Shown here in pieces: positions 1 to 14,893 of a stretch of DNA of 42,876 bases. The DNA comes from Eledone cirrhosa (lineage: Eukaryota). Position 1 is the first letter of the stretch; the number at the start of each line of letters is the position of its first letter. Where the stretch lies: NCBI GenBank assembly GCA_964016885.1, contig CAXHJY010000282.1:1-42876 (forward strand), read 5' to 3'. The notes under the pieces are model-generated. The model made no database searches and was not told the DNA's origin. It was given only the letters and a program-made list of their open reading frames with translations. A program made the translations under genes and the position numbers.

Positions 1-348
1 GGGAGAGCGAGAGAGAAGGAGGCAGTGAGTGAAAGAGAGAGACGGAGGCAGTGAGTGAAAGAGAGAGGTGTGGAGAGCGAGAGAGACGGAGGTGGTGAGT
101 GAAAGAGAGAGATGGGGAGAGCGAGAGACACGGAGGCAGTGAGTGAAAGAGAGAGGTGGGGAGAGCGAGAGAGACGGAGGTAGTGAGTGAAAGAGAGAGA
201 CGGAGGCAGTGAGTGAAAGAGAGGGACGGAGGCAGTGAGTGAAAGAGAGATGTGGGGAGAGCGAGAGAGACGGAGGTAGTGAGTGAAAGAGAGAGACGGA
301 TGCAGTGAGTGAAAGAGAGAGACGGAGGCAGTGAGTGAAAGAGAGAGA
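1..348. repeat. GA-rich minisatellite (core unit GAGAGAGACGGAGGCAGTGAGTGAAA, 26 bp, with longer ~42 bp variants)
   Basis: About ten tandem copies of ...GGAGG(C/T)AGTGAGTGAAAGAGAG... read directly; truncated by the window start. Confidence 0.9.
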
Positions 349-411
349 ACATCTGCGCACAATCGCACTTGGTAAGATGTTTATAACATAACAAGACAAT
401 AACATCTAAAT

Positions 412-748
412 AGAACTGAGGAGGCGAAACTCTTCAATTTACGGTCTCTCTCAGACAGGTCTGCGGTTTTACCGTTGGCAATGGAGACTTCTGGTGTCGT
501 CGGCACTAGGACTACCTCCCTACTCACCACCATAATCACTGATCTGGCTACCCCTAGCAGTGGAGACTTCTGGTCTCCTCTGCCCTGGTGCTACCTCCAT
601 AAACACCACCATATACGCTGAGCTGGCTAGCCGCAGGTGTGAGCCTCGCGAGTTGGAATGGCTTTTCCAGCGCGTCTCCCTTGCCGTCCTCTTGAGAAAC
701 GCCTTCTTCATTCTGTCCGCCCGGGCTGTGGGAAGGCCACCAGTATGA
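412..748 (+). mobile_element. 3' fragment of a CRE-like non-LTR retrotransposon (C-terminus of the restriction-like endonuclease domain), degenerate, with an internal duplication
   Basis: Translation EEAK...LPLAMETSGVVG...; LPLAVETSG...ELEWLFQRVSLAVLLRNAFFIL resembles the P-x-A-x-E-T-x-G ... LFQRxSxAxxRGNA tail of CRE-clade RLE proteins. Confidence 0.65.
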
Positions 749-974
749 TTAACTGACTTGTCATTTTATTAGTTATGTATTTGTTGGTCTTAAACGATAT
801 CTCAGTACCCACTTGACATTCACCAGCTAAATAGGGCTGAAAGGGTCACTACTCGAGGAATAAGTAACATCCTTGTCAAACTTGTTGCAAAAAACAACGA
901 AGCTGAATAAAGTAATAAAAATAAAATAAAATAATATTTTACCGTGGTTTTCAACTGTAGAATTCCCCAAGCTT

Positions 975-1929
975 GCTTTAGTTACGTCGCTTTACGTTCT
1001 AAGATCAAATCACTCCGAGGTTAACTTTGCCTTTCATTCTTACGGGGTCGATAAAGTATAGCCTCAGTAACGTAAAGGGGTCGATTTAATCGACTTTCCC
1101 CTCCCCCCAAATTACTGGCCTTGTGCCTATACTAGAAACCATTATTTAGGGCGGTGGATTGGCAGTATCGGTAGAGGGTCGGACACCATGCTTTGCAGCA
1201 TAGAGTTACGGCCCTTTATGATCTGAACTCAAATCCCGCCGAGGTTAACTTTGCCTTTCATCGTTACAGGGTCGATAAAATATAACCCCAATAACGCAGT
1301 TGGGTCGTTTTAATCGACTTTCCCCTCCCCAAATTGCTGACCTTGTGTGTAAATCAGAAACCATTATTTTCAGGAGGATTGGCAGTATCGGTAGAGAGTC
1401 GGACGCCATGCTTTGACGCATAGAGTTACGGCCCTTGCCATTCTGAGTTCAAATCCCACCGAGGTTAACTTTGCCTTTCATCCTTTCGGGGTCGATAAAA
1501 TAAAATACCAGTAATACACTAGATAATTGCTGGCTTTGTGCCAAATGTAGAAACAATTATTTTCACTAAAGGCGGCATATGTGCACCGTCGTTCTAACGT
1601 CGGATGGAATACTTTGGAGTATTCGTTTCGGATGTCTGCCCTCTGTAACTCACTGGTATCCATTTAATCAACTTTCCCCTGGCCCCAAATTGTAGGTCTT
1701 GTGCCTAAGGGCGGTGGATTGGCAGTATCGGTAGAGGGTCGGACGCCATGTTTGCAGCATAGAGTTATCGCCCTTTATAATCTGAGTTCAAATCCTGCCA
1801 AAGTTAACTTTGCCTATCATCCTGACGGGGTCGATAAAATAAATACCAGTCACGCACTGAGGTCGATTTAATCAACTTTCCCCCTCCCCCAAATTGCTAG
1901 CCTTGTGCCTATAGCAGAAATCATTATTT
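975..1929 (+). mobile_element. Head-to-tail cluster of ~5 tRNA-derived SINE copies (family A; ~975-1146, 1148-1369, 1372-1563, partial 1660-1707, 1708-1929)
   Basis: Repeated A-box-like TGGCAGTATCGG, B-box-like GAGTTCAAATCC, body GAGGTTAACTTTGCCTTTCATCCT...GGGGTCGATAAAATA and tail GGCCTTGTGCC...AGAAACCATTATT. Confidence 0.9.
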
Positions 1930-2565
1930 CCTGGTAAGGAAAACGTGAATTAAATGAAAAACAGATATTTGGTCTAAAAGCACAAACAAAACAAATGAAA
2001 GAAAGAATAGAATACTATGGAAACTTGATGCAGAATAAAAGCTCTTGCATAACGCGGCGCCTAGGGGGCGCCGAGTTTTCAATTGCTTATTCTATGCCCA
2101 TAATAAAGTGGAAGTACATTTCTATGTATTTCACATCTCCCAATTTTAGTATTGGTAATCACCATTCAAACTCTTATGTCCATTCAGAGTTTAGTAAAAT
2201 CCATCGACGTTATGTTCAATAGACTAAATTGTTATTGTAACATACATAATAATTATGTAGCTATTACCTCGTATTTCACGTTACTCCCTACTCACTCACG
2301 TATAATGTGTAATATATATATATACGATACACGCATGCACATACGCACACATATAAGAAAAGTTAACGAGGAAAAACAACACAAGAGAACAACTTGATGG
2401 TATATTAGTTATACACTTAATATAGTGGGTAAAGCGTCTTAATGTTTCCCATGTTAGTCCTTCATCGGAAAATAATAAGAGAAAAAAAGAGAGGAGGTTC
2501 AGTAGAGAGAATAAGAAAAAAACAAATACAAAATTCTTTTCCCAGTTATATATTTATTATATATA

Positions 2566-2890
2566 GCAAAGAGTTACGTCCCTTTATGATCTGAGTTCAA
2601 ATCCCGCCGAGGTTAACTTTGCCGTTCATCCTTACGAGGTCGATAAAATAAAGTACCAGTAACGTACTGAGGTCGATTTAATTTACTTTTCCCTCCCACC
2701 AAAATTACTGGCCTTGTGCCTATACTAGAAATCATTATATATATAGCAAAGAGTTACGGCCCTTTATGATCTGAGTTAAAATTCCGCCGAGGTTAACTTT
2801 GCCTTTCATGCTTACGGGGTCGATAAAATAAAGTACCAGTAATACACTGGTATAATTGCTGACCTTGTGCCAAAAATAGAAACAATTATA
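2566..2890 (+). mobile_element. Two tandem 5'-truncated family A SINEs
   Basis: Both start at TATATATAGCAAAGAGTTACG (2566, 2746) and carry the B box and the same body. Confidence 0.85.
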
Positions 2891-3373
2891 TTACTGAGAT
2901 TACTCTCTGTGGCTATTCAGATTTTTGCAGATACCAGAAATATATTTGGGTGCTCGTTAACAGGAATCGTTAAATTTATTGAACCTCTTTTCCCTTAAAT
3001 ACGTTTGGCATGATGTTAAAGAGAGCACTGCCAGTTGAGGGACAGTTCTCGGTTGTAATGTTGTAGGATACGAGTTTGGGTTTTGTAGGGTGCCTAAAGT
3101 GTATGGCAGCATCATTTGCCGAATATTGATAGAATATTGTCCAAACCACATAAATGTTTCAACGTATCAGGAGAAAATATTATGACATTTTCCAACTGAT
3201 TCAAGTAAATCTGTGTTTATGATGTTAAAAAAGATGAGATGATAGCGGACAGAAGGCATTCCATCCGTTGGTCCCTTAATCAAGGTTCTGCGAGCGACTA
3301 AACAACAAAAACATCCATAATTTTAAGTTATCAATCATTTCATGAAAACCCTCTTCTTCTTATCTATAAACCG

Positions 3374-3690
3374 GAGATCAGAGAGTCACTGCAAATAGAG
3401 CCGCTACTTCTCCAGTTTGCGAGATCACAGCTCCGTTACTATGGGAATGTGGTTCGAATGTCTCAGGAAAGAATCGCTGGACATATTACACGGGTAAAAG
3501 CAACCGGCGGGTGACCGGGTGACCCAGAGGTAGACCCCCGAGCAAGATGGTTGGCTAACATCCATGAGCTTGGCTGGTCTCATTTGGGGATCCAGCCGGA
3601 TCAGTTGGAGACAGTTGCTTCTGACAGGACCTGCTGGAAGGAGTGTTTGAGGACTCTGCCTCCCCATGCCCTCCCAGGAATAAGTAGGCG
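3374..3690 (+). mobile_element. 3' fragment of an RTE-clade LINE (Expander/Rex3-like C-terminus), pseudogenised
   Basis: EIRESLQIEPLLL...QLRYYGNVVRM...(stop and frameshift at the GGTGACC duplication)...PRGRPRARW...LGWSHLGI...VASDRTCW...LPP. Confidence 0.75.
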
Positions 3691-5095
3691 TCTTATGTCA
3701 AGGGTCGTGCTGAGTTACTGGTTAGAGGAGTTCCACTGCTGCATTTGCTCTTCAATAACCACAAACATCTCCGCAAATATAAGCAAGGTGGCGACCACTT
3801 CCTTAAGCTTTAAAAATATACTAAAAAATTCCAACTAGAATTAAGAGGAAGAATGATAATAAAGAAACACGAAGTACAAACTTTATACCCTTCACTTGAC
3901 ATTCGTAGTTTAAAACCGTTTATTTATTTATTCCTTTAAATGCCTGCCAAAATTGAGGTGTGTCATATATGCCCAAGCGCCTTTTAAGCCGTCAAATACG
4001 GTATATATATATTTTCATTTGTTAGGGGATCGGATTAAATGCGTCGGATTTTGTTCCGACCCTCTGCGACCTCTCGATGTTAAGATTGTATTTTATTCTT
4101 TCGGGGTTGATAAATAAAGTATCAGTTCAAAGACGGTTGATTTGCAGGATTGTTAAAAAATATCGGACTTATTTGAATCTATGACTCCATGTTCCAATTT
4201 CACCTCCTGATGTCAGGAACTGCAAACGGAGAATATTATCGGCAACGGAAAAAAAAAGCCAAGGGATATATACGCTATTTAGGCAGGACATTAGAGTCAT
4301 ACAATGTCCTAGAAGGACATTAGTATCATACAATCACATTAACCCTTTTCTAAGAATATTCATCTTTGTGTATAATAAAACAATACAAAACAAAACAGAC
4401 AATATATTTAATGAAATTTCTTATTCAATCTGTAGACATTTTTTTCAGGTTGAAATATATTAATAGGACTAGAATATTTATTTAAATTGAAAACTAAAGA
4501 GAAATAAAAAAAACGGACTGAGAAACTAAAATTCATATTACAATCAGAGTGTAATTGATATACCAAAAACAAGGGGATATTTTATCACTTTCAATATTTC
4601 TCCCAAATCAATTTCATTTTTTCCGCTATTTCAATCACATAAAACATTTTTATTTTAAGGAAGATCTGACTTTTGAAAACATTTTACGCCTCAAACAACA
4701 TCCCAACATAACAAGCGGAAAACGACAGCAAACATATATTTCAAATGTTACTACGATATATATCGTTTAATTTTCTTTTTATAAATGTTGCTTTGCATTC
4801 TATACTGATAATAAAACAATTCTGTAGAATGCAGTTGGATTTTGTCATAATGATAAAACATCGCTATACTGGGATTCTAGATTCAACTGTTGAGTTAAAT
4901 ATCTTTTAAAACAACAATGTAAAAAAAATAAGCCCCAAAATGACATGTGTTTCGAAAGAAGGAATAAATATAGCAAAAAAGATAAAAATTTGAAATGACT
5001 TTTTATTGAAGGTTTGAGAAATCACTTGTTCGCCAATATCAGCGAAGCTAAAGAGAGTATGTATATATTTGTATTATCATCCTTGTATGCAATAA

Positions 5096-5185
<90 letters not shown>

Positions 5186-5239
5186 GTGTTTGTATATATT
5201 TATATACATGTATATATATGTATGTGTTTATATTTATAT

Positions 5240-5274
<35 letters not shown>

Positions 5275-5485
5275 ATTACATGTCAGCTAAATTGTACACT
5301 TGTATCAGTTTGTATGGGAAGCAATAATCTGGAATCCGTTGATTAATTCTGAAAAGGAACAGAAAAATATATTAATATTAAATGCACAAACGCGTAAAAT
5401 CATGAAGCATGTTTCGCGATCATTCAGCTCAATATACGATCGCTAGGGATCGCGCCAGATTATGGAAACAAATTATTTGAGAATC

Positions 5486-5581
5486 CACATGTTTCATGAG
5501 CTATCGTTCGATTCTAGAATCGGGCGTGATCACTACCGATGTACTTTCAGCTGATTGACTATGAAACGCGCGTCACATGTG
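5486..5581 (+). ncRNA. Decayed type I hammerhead ribozyme in a fold-back element (~5395-5620)
   Basis: Helix I CACATGT(5486-5492)/ACATGTG(5575-5581); core mutated to TTCATGA; GAAA 5563-5566; palindromic helix III ACGCGCGT; GUC triplet; AATAAA follows; homologous to 18222-18490. Confidence 0.65.
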
Positions 5582-5762
5582 AATAAACATAATGATGTTA
5601 TACTGATTCTTCCTTCCTGCTCCTTATTATTACAATTATTAACACTCTGCTTCTTAAGGATACTGACTACGGTGAAATACCTTACAATACCACGTTGGCA
5701 GCCAGACCCATATTGGCATAGAGTGTTGAAAATGTTGATTTAATCATAACTAAACATTACAC

Positions 5763-8912
<3,150 letters not shown>

Positions 8913-9457
8913 ATTAAATAATATACAAGTTTTCATTTTAGCACAATGACAGTAAATTTCCTTATATTTCTTTAAACTAGAATGTTTGGCTTCATACCGT
9001 CTCTCTCCACTATACAAATCTCTAAATACATCAATACTCTACAACACCAAGAAAGTATGGTAATGCTATTCCAGACCTGCCAACCTCTTAAAACCCAAAC
9101 GTGGAGTATCATGAAATAAAGTGCCCCAAAACGGGGAGAAACGAGGCAAAATGGGGAGATTGTACATAATGAATGCTATACCAATTTTCACAAGATTTAT
9201 AGCGTACCCATGCTTGTCGAGTTTATTCCGGGACCAACAATTACCCTAGAGTCACGCCTCCCTTATTTATTATCACCTGACATGATTGTGATGTACCCCT
9301 TATTCACATTCATCCTCTGTAGTGTCACCAAGTCCAGGTTAACTCTATTATATTACGAGCGATCTCTAATATAAAGGAAATACCATATCTTATGATGAGA
9401 AAGATTAAAGTCGGTTATATCAACATTAGTTTCTATGCTATTTAGTTAATACTATTA

Positions 9458-9651
9458 AGGGTGGTGAATTAGCAGTATCATAGAGGGTCGGACTCAATGC
9501 TTTCCAGCATAGTTACGTCCCTTTACGGTCTGAGTTGAAATCTCGTTGAGGTTAACTTTGCCTTTCATCCCTACGGGGTCGATAAAATGAAGTACCAGTA
9601 ATACACTTGGATAATTGCTGGCCTTGTGCCAAAAGTAGAAACAATTATTTA
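9458..9651 (+). mobile_element. Family A tRNA-SINE
   Basis: Same head, body and tail as the copies at 1148-1929. Confidence 0.85.
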
Positions 9652-9704
9652 TTTTTTACATTTTATAATATCTATATATCAATTAAATTGAATATATTTC
9701 TAAT

Positions 9705-9990
9705 ATTTATGGTGTATTCGGCTCACAGTTGTAAGGTTGTAAGTTCGATTTCTGGTAGCACGTTGTTTACTTAAACAAAAATTGTTCGTTGCTCTAGTTT
9801 ATCTGGGTGGTAAAAATAAGTTGTATCTGTAATTCAGTGAAACAGTCTTGTCCTAGCCTGTGTGTGCCACGCTGAATCACAATGAGAATTGCGTTATGGG
9901 TGCGATTCGGTGGAATGCTCAGCCACTTGCACGTTGATATCATGAGCAGGCAGTTCCGTTCATCAATCAACTGAAACTCATCTTTAGTTC
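9705..9990 (+). mobile_element. Old family B tRNA-SINE
   Basis: GTAAGTTCGATT B box; body similar to 22130-22450 (CACGCTGAATC...GGAATGCTCAGCCACTT...). Confidence 0.7.
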
Positions 9991-10317
9991 TGATGGAGAT
10001 CTGACACTGATAATTGTATTCGAGACAATGTTTTCTAAGAAATAAAAGCTAAAGGCGATCCCGTTGGCAAAAGAGCTCATATTTAAAGGGACATAACTAA
10101 ATATCACCAGGAACGATTTCCTCGAAAATAGAAAAAAATAGGTGAATGGTGTGAATGCGCACACATGTCGACATCGTTTCCCGTCCCTCTCGGACTGATA
10201 ACATAACTATCAGCAATAGACTGTGGCACAATTATTTATGCCTTTATCAGAAAACGTTAGTACTTCATTGACATAATATAATAAAAAATTAAAAATTGTC
10301 TTACCAACTATGTATGT

Positions 10318-10381
<64 letters not shown>

Positions 10382-10393
10382 CATTCTTCTTGT

Positions 10394-11146
10394 TTACAAA
10401 ATTTTTCCAGCACTTCTTTTCTGCAGTTGGCCAATCACTTGTTTGTTTTCATACAAAGAGGAATCAGCAGATGGACTTTCTCTTTTACCCCAAGCTTGAA
10501 GGGAATCCCAATTTCTGGATCTGATTTTATGTTGCAAAGCGCTTCTTTTCCCCCATGCGTTCAATGCATCCCAGCCATCACCACGTTTATCGTCGTCCCC
10601 CATTCTACCAGTATTTACCTTCAGCCAGCTACCATCAGTTAATTTCACATAATGGTCTCTTTTGACTTTTTTACCATATGCTGCTGCCAGACAACTCCAT
10701 CCGCAGTTAATATCATTCTCAGCGTTATCATTTCCCTTGCTATTCAGATTTCTTTTACCCCAAGCTTGTAAATTATCCCATCTTTTCTTCAATTCCACAC
10801 TGTCTAATGACGATCCTTTTAAGTTATTTGAATTTAAAGCCCGTTTAATACTGCTTCCAAATTCATTAGCGATAGCATTAGTGTCAAATCCATTTCGTTT
10901 TCCCCAGCTACTGAGGTCATCCCAGTTTCTTTTCATATCAAGATGATCATCCCAATTTCTTTGATCTCCAATTTTCTTGTCCCATGCTTCAGGACCTGAT
11001 TCCAGAAAATTTGCAGGCATCACACTACGAGTTACTTTTATAGCAGACTTTTTCCTTTGTCCATCATGGAATTCAGCAGAAAGACCGGAGAATTTCGTAA
11101 GCGCTAAAACAGCTATGAGTAGCAATAGATTTAGGAAGGTTGCCAT
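10394..11146 (-). CDS. Neuropeptide precursor, PTSP-like / MIP-allatostatin-B (Wamide) family, 250 aa, single coding exon
   Basis: Hydrophobic signal peptide MATFLNLLLLIAVLALTKFSGLSA; many KR/KK sites; four amidation-ready peptides NWDDLSSW-GKR, WDNLQAW-GKR, GDGWDALNAW-GKR, NWDSLQAW-GKR. The ATG (ATTATGG) lies 12 nt after a strong splice acceptor, so the first 29 residues of the called ORF are intron/UTR. Confidence 0.92.
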   Translation of the reverse strand: MATFLNLLLLIAVLALTKFSGLSAEFHDGQRKKSAIKVTRSVMPANFLESGPEAWDKKIGDQRNWDDHLDMKRNWDDLSSWGKRNGFDTNAIANEFGSSIKRALNSNNLKGSSLDSVELKKRWDNLQAWGKRNLNSKGNDNAENDINCGWSCLAAAYGKKVKRDHYVKLTDGSWLKVNTGRMGDDDKRGDGWDALNAWGKRSALQHKIRSRNWDSLQAWGKRESPSADSSLYENKQVIGQLQKRSAGKIL

Positions 11147-11158
11147 AATGAAATCTTC

Positions 11159-11192
11159 CTGAAAATAAAAGAAAAGCAAAAAAAAAAAAAAA
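11159..11192 (-). other. 3' splice site (polypyrimidine tract + CAG) of the neuropeptide coding exon; exon starts at 11158
   Basis: Minus strand reads T-run-GCTTTTCTTTTATTTTCAG|GAAGATTTCATTATG. Confidence 0.85.
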
Positions 11193-11280
11193 AGAATATA
11201 ATATAAAAACGTTTTATAAATACAAATATGCAAATTAAGTAAACACTTTTTACAAATAGTATTTATTATATATAATTCGT

Positions 11281-11458
11281 AGGGTGGTGAAATGGCAGAA
11301 TTGGTTTGCGTTTTGAGCTCAAATCCTACCGAGGTTAGCTTTGTCTTTTATTCTTACGGGGTCGATAAAATAAATACCTGCAACACACTGGGGTTAATTT
11401 AATCGTCTTTCTCCCTTCCCCCAAATTGTCCTTGAGCTCAAATCAGTAACCATTATCA
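11281..11458 (+). mobile_element. Family A tRNA-SINE, internally deleted
   Basis: GGGTGGTGAAATGGCAGAATTGG head, GAGCTCAAATCC, GGGGTCGATAAAATA body. Confidence 0.8.
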
Positions 11459-11654
11459 TAGATTATCTATTGTCTAGTCTGATTGTTTATCGATTTAAGT
11501 TAGTTATTGATTCGATAATAATTATTCAGCAGAACCCTATAATATCATTAAATATAACAATAAAATTATTGCCATATTATTATAAACTTCCTTTTTGTAG
11601 ATAGTATCAGCAATGGAAAGAGCAGTAGAAACATAATTTCTTCGTCCCATCAAA

Positions 11655-11946
11655 AGTCTAAAATCTGTCTCAATCCCGGAGGATCATCAGGCCAGTACTT
11701 ATTCCGGTTTCCATGGCGTTAATCGACTGAGAATACAATACTACCCCCCTGGACAGGACGCCTGTTCATCGCAGGGTTAAACCCCCAGGTATTGCTGGTA
11801 TTCATTTTCATTTCAGCTGAGTGTACTGGAGCAACATGAAAAGTAGTGTTTTGTTCAAGAATACAACGCACAACCTATTCCAGGAATCGAAACCACGACG
11901 TTATGTCCGTATGTTCAACACCCTTACCACTAGGCCACGCGCCTCC
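11655..11946 (-). mobile_element. tRNA-SINE (family C) with a V-domain-like centre
   Basis: Minus strand GGAGGCGCGTGGCCTAGTGGTAAGG...GGTTTCGATTCCTGG head; CCCTGCGATGAACAGGCGTCCTGTCCAGGGG resembles the V-SINE domain; related copy at 22520-22800. Confidence 0.8.
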
Positions 11947-11953
11947 ACTATTT

Positions 11954-12665
11954 AAACAATACTTAATGTTAAAACAATAGAAAGCGATGATATTCGACGC
12001 ATAGACGCTTGGTTTGTTTTCTAACATTTTACTCCGAGGCAAAGACTTTTATTTTCTATTTTGTTGGTGTGAGTTACTAACATGCCTGAAAGTGCGAATA
12101 TCTGCGTTGCATGATATTATGAAGGAATCTAATGAAACTTGAAGTATGAAAGCAAATAAATAAGACACAGGTTTTGATATAAATTGCAACAATTGATAAA
12201 ACATATTCTATGAATCGTAGCATCCATAGAACATCGGTATGTGCATGTCTGTGAATTTGTGTATATCGAGTTAAACGAATGAGAACCAAATAATTCCTTT
12301 TTTATACTTTTAAAGATTATTAAAACAATACTTAATGTGATAAACAATATAGAGAGACATGTTATTCGTCATACATAGCCGCTTGGTTTGATTTTTACCA
12401 TTTCACATGCGGGATTTAGAACTCCGTGACAAAGATTTCTATTTTATTTTATGGTGTGAGTTACTAACGTGCCTTAAAGTGGGATGGTCGTACGTTATGT
12501 AATATGGGAGTTATTGTGAACGAATTTAACGAAAATTGAAGTATAAAAGTAAATAAGACTCAGTATTTGATACAAATTGCAACAATATTATACACGCATA
12601 AAAATATTCTATGTATCACAGGCATCCATGCATTGGTGAATTTCGAGTTAAACGAATGAGAATAA
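11954..12665. repeat. Old tandem duplication, two diverged units of about 370 bp
   Basis: Units start AAACAATACTTAATGT at 11954 and 12323; both contain GGTGTGAGTTACTAAC, AAATTGCAACAAT and TCGAGTTAAACGAATGAGAA. Confidence 0.85.
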
Positions 12666-12821
12666 AAAAAATTACAATCCTCCCCCAGGACACCAGGCAA
12701 ATAAAAACCAACCATCCAGTAGGAGTCAACATATCGAATACAGAACATCAATAATCTAATTAAAAATACTTATACGACAAGGGGAGGTAATCATTAGTTT
12801 TATAATCTATAATCATTTAAT

Positions 12822-13019
12822 GATTTCTACTATTTGGGGTAAGGGAAATCGATTAAATCGACCCCTGTACGTTACTGGCACTTTATTTTATCGACCCCAC
12901 AAGGATGAAAGGCAAAGTTAATCTCAGCGAGATTTGAACTCAGAAGGTAAAGGGATGTAACTATATGCCACAAAGCATGTTGTCCAACGCTCTAGCGACA
13001 CTGTCAATCCGCCATCCTT
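12822..13019 (-). mobile_element. Family A tRNA-SINE
   Basis: Reverse complement of the family A head and body. Confidence 0.85.
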
Positions 13020-13415
13020 TTATAATCTACAATAACACCGTGTAACAGAAAAAAATATTTTCTCTGTTCCTGGCTTGTAATCACTTTTTTGTGTTGCTTA
13101 GGTCCCAAATAAATAAAAAAGTGCTATTAAACAGTTAAAAGTTTGGGTTTGTAAAAATTCTAAGCTATTCACTAGAATTATTTGTATGCTGGATTTTACG
13201 TTGTATGTAAATTTAATTTGCTTATGTTAAATGATTTTTTTTATATATGTTTCAGGTTAAATTAAAATTATAAAATAAAGAGTAATACCTAAAGAAAATT
13301 ATAAAAGTGCAATAAAGTATAAAATTGTTAAAAGGTGGATTAACGAGATTTATTGATACTGGATTTTCGCACCCTGAATAAAGGGTAAGTTGTGTTTTAA
13401 GCATTCGTCTCCAGG

Positions 13416-14492
13416 ATGAAGCAGTGGAACTTGGTCAAGGAGGAAGTGCAGGTGACAAGTCAGAGAAGTCGACACGAACCTTTCTCAGGCTTTTACACTC
13501 TTAGGGATGGCCTCTGCTTCTGCCATGACGTGCCTGGACTGTTTGACGTTATTGGGGTGCCGTTTGTGCCCAAGGAGTGGCGGCTATTTATAGACAGCTC
13601 CACCACAAGTTTGAAGGCTGTCCTCCTCGACAATGGAAACAAGTTCCCGACACTGCCCCTAGCTCATTCAGTCTGCCTGAAGGAAGATTACTACAGTGTG
13701 AAAGTCCTCTTGGAAGCTCTGCAATACAACCAGTACAATTGGGAAATCATTGGAGACTTCAAGATGGTGGCTTTCCTGCCCGGACTCCAAGGAGGCTTTA
13801 TCAAATTCCAATGCTTCCTCTGCCTTTGGGACAGCAGAGCCACCTCTGACCACTACAAACGAAAGAACTGGGAGCAGCGAACAGAATGTGTAGTTGGACA
13901 CGGAACGTCATGTGGGAGCCACTGGTTGATCCCAGGATTGTGCTCATGCCGCCACTGCACATTAAGTTGGGGTTGATGAAGCAGTTTGTGAAGGCTCAAC
14001 CAAGAATCAGCCGCTTTTAAGTACCGTCTTGAGTTCTTCCCCAAGTTATCTGAGGCCAAAATCAAAGGTGGAATTTTTGTTGGGCCTCAGATAAAGAAGG
14101 TGTTTGAGTCTACCGAGTTCTCCAATAAGCTCAATAGGATTGAGAGAACAGCATGGAACTGTTTCAAGGCAGTTGTTAAGGGCTTACTGGGCAACTACAG
14201 AGCTGAAAACTACCAGCAACTGGTGCAGGATCTGATAAAGGTTTTTGGCGCCATGAGATGCAGGATGTCGCTTAAACTCCATATGCTGGACGCTCACCTG
14301 GAAAAATTCAAGGACAATATGGGCGCCTACTCAGAAGAAAAGGCGAACGTTTCCATCAAGATGTGAAAGAGATAGAAGCGGAGGTACCAGGGCCACTACA
14401 ATGAAAAAATGATGGGGGACTATATCTGGGGGCTAGTGCGGGAATACGACCTGGATTACAACCACAAATCCAGGAAATCCTGTAATTTCTGA
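13416..14492 (+). pseudogene. Chapaev3 transposase remnant with several frameshifts
   Basis: Motifs EWRLFIDSS-x2-SLKAVLL, CFLCLWDSRA, PPLHIKLGLMKQFVKA, GIFVGPQI, MSLKLHMLDAHL, GERFHQD and MMGDYIWGL distributed across frames. Confidence 0.88.
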
Positions 14493-14704
14493 CGTGTATA
14501 AGTTGCTTTATAAGTGTTATTTGTTTTTACTTGTTTGCTTTTGATAAGCTTATGTAATAAAATAAATATATACTCTGTTGATTTAATTATATGAACTGAT
14601 AAATTTTAAAAAATTGTGTTTTTTCTTGAAAAATATGAAAATTTCGAAATATCAAACTCCTGACCACAAACCAAACTTCTGAGTAAATAATAGTGTTTTT
14701 TTAT

Positions 14705-14893
14705 AATAATTGTTTCTACTTTTGGCACAAGGCCACATACCCAGTGCATTACTGGTACTTTATTTTATCGACCGCGTAAGGATGAAAGGCAAAGTTAACC
14801 TCGGCGGGATTTGAACTCAGAATGGCAAGGGCCGTAACTCTATGCGTCAAAGCATGTCGTCTGACACTCTACCGATACTGCCAATCCACTGCC
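14705..14893 (-). mobile_element. Family A SINE nested in the 3' end of the Chapaev element
   Basis: Near full-length reverse-complement copy between the transposase stop and the right TIR. Confidence 0.88.

Noticed and set aside
1148-1240. tRNA genes at SINE heads
   Set aside because: A and B boxes are present, but there is no complete cloverleaf and the heads are always fused to SINE bodies.
2440-2470. CCGATGA...GAAAC on the minus strand; similar half motifs at 4941, 25887 and 32763
   Set aside because: The core or helices are incomplete, so they cannot be called from sequence alone.
11147-11233. N-terminal extension of the neuropeptide ORF
   Set aside because: It is the intronic polypyrimidine tract, the acceptor and 12 nt of 5' UTR.
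11660-11715. CTGATGA and GAAAC in the family C SINE tail (minus strand)
   Set aside because: The order and helices do not fit a hammerhead; GAGAC follows the stem; more likely a LINE-derived 3' stem-loop.
11954-12665. 370 bp tandem units as possible retrozyme monomers
   Set aside because: No conserved CUGAnGA core in either unit.
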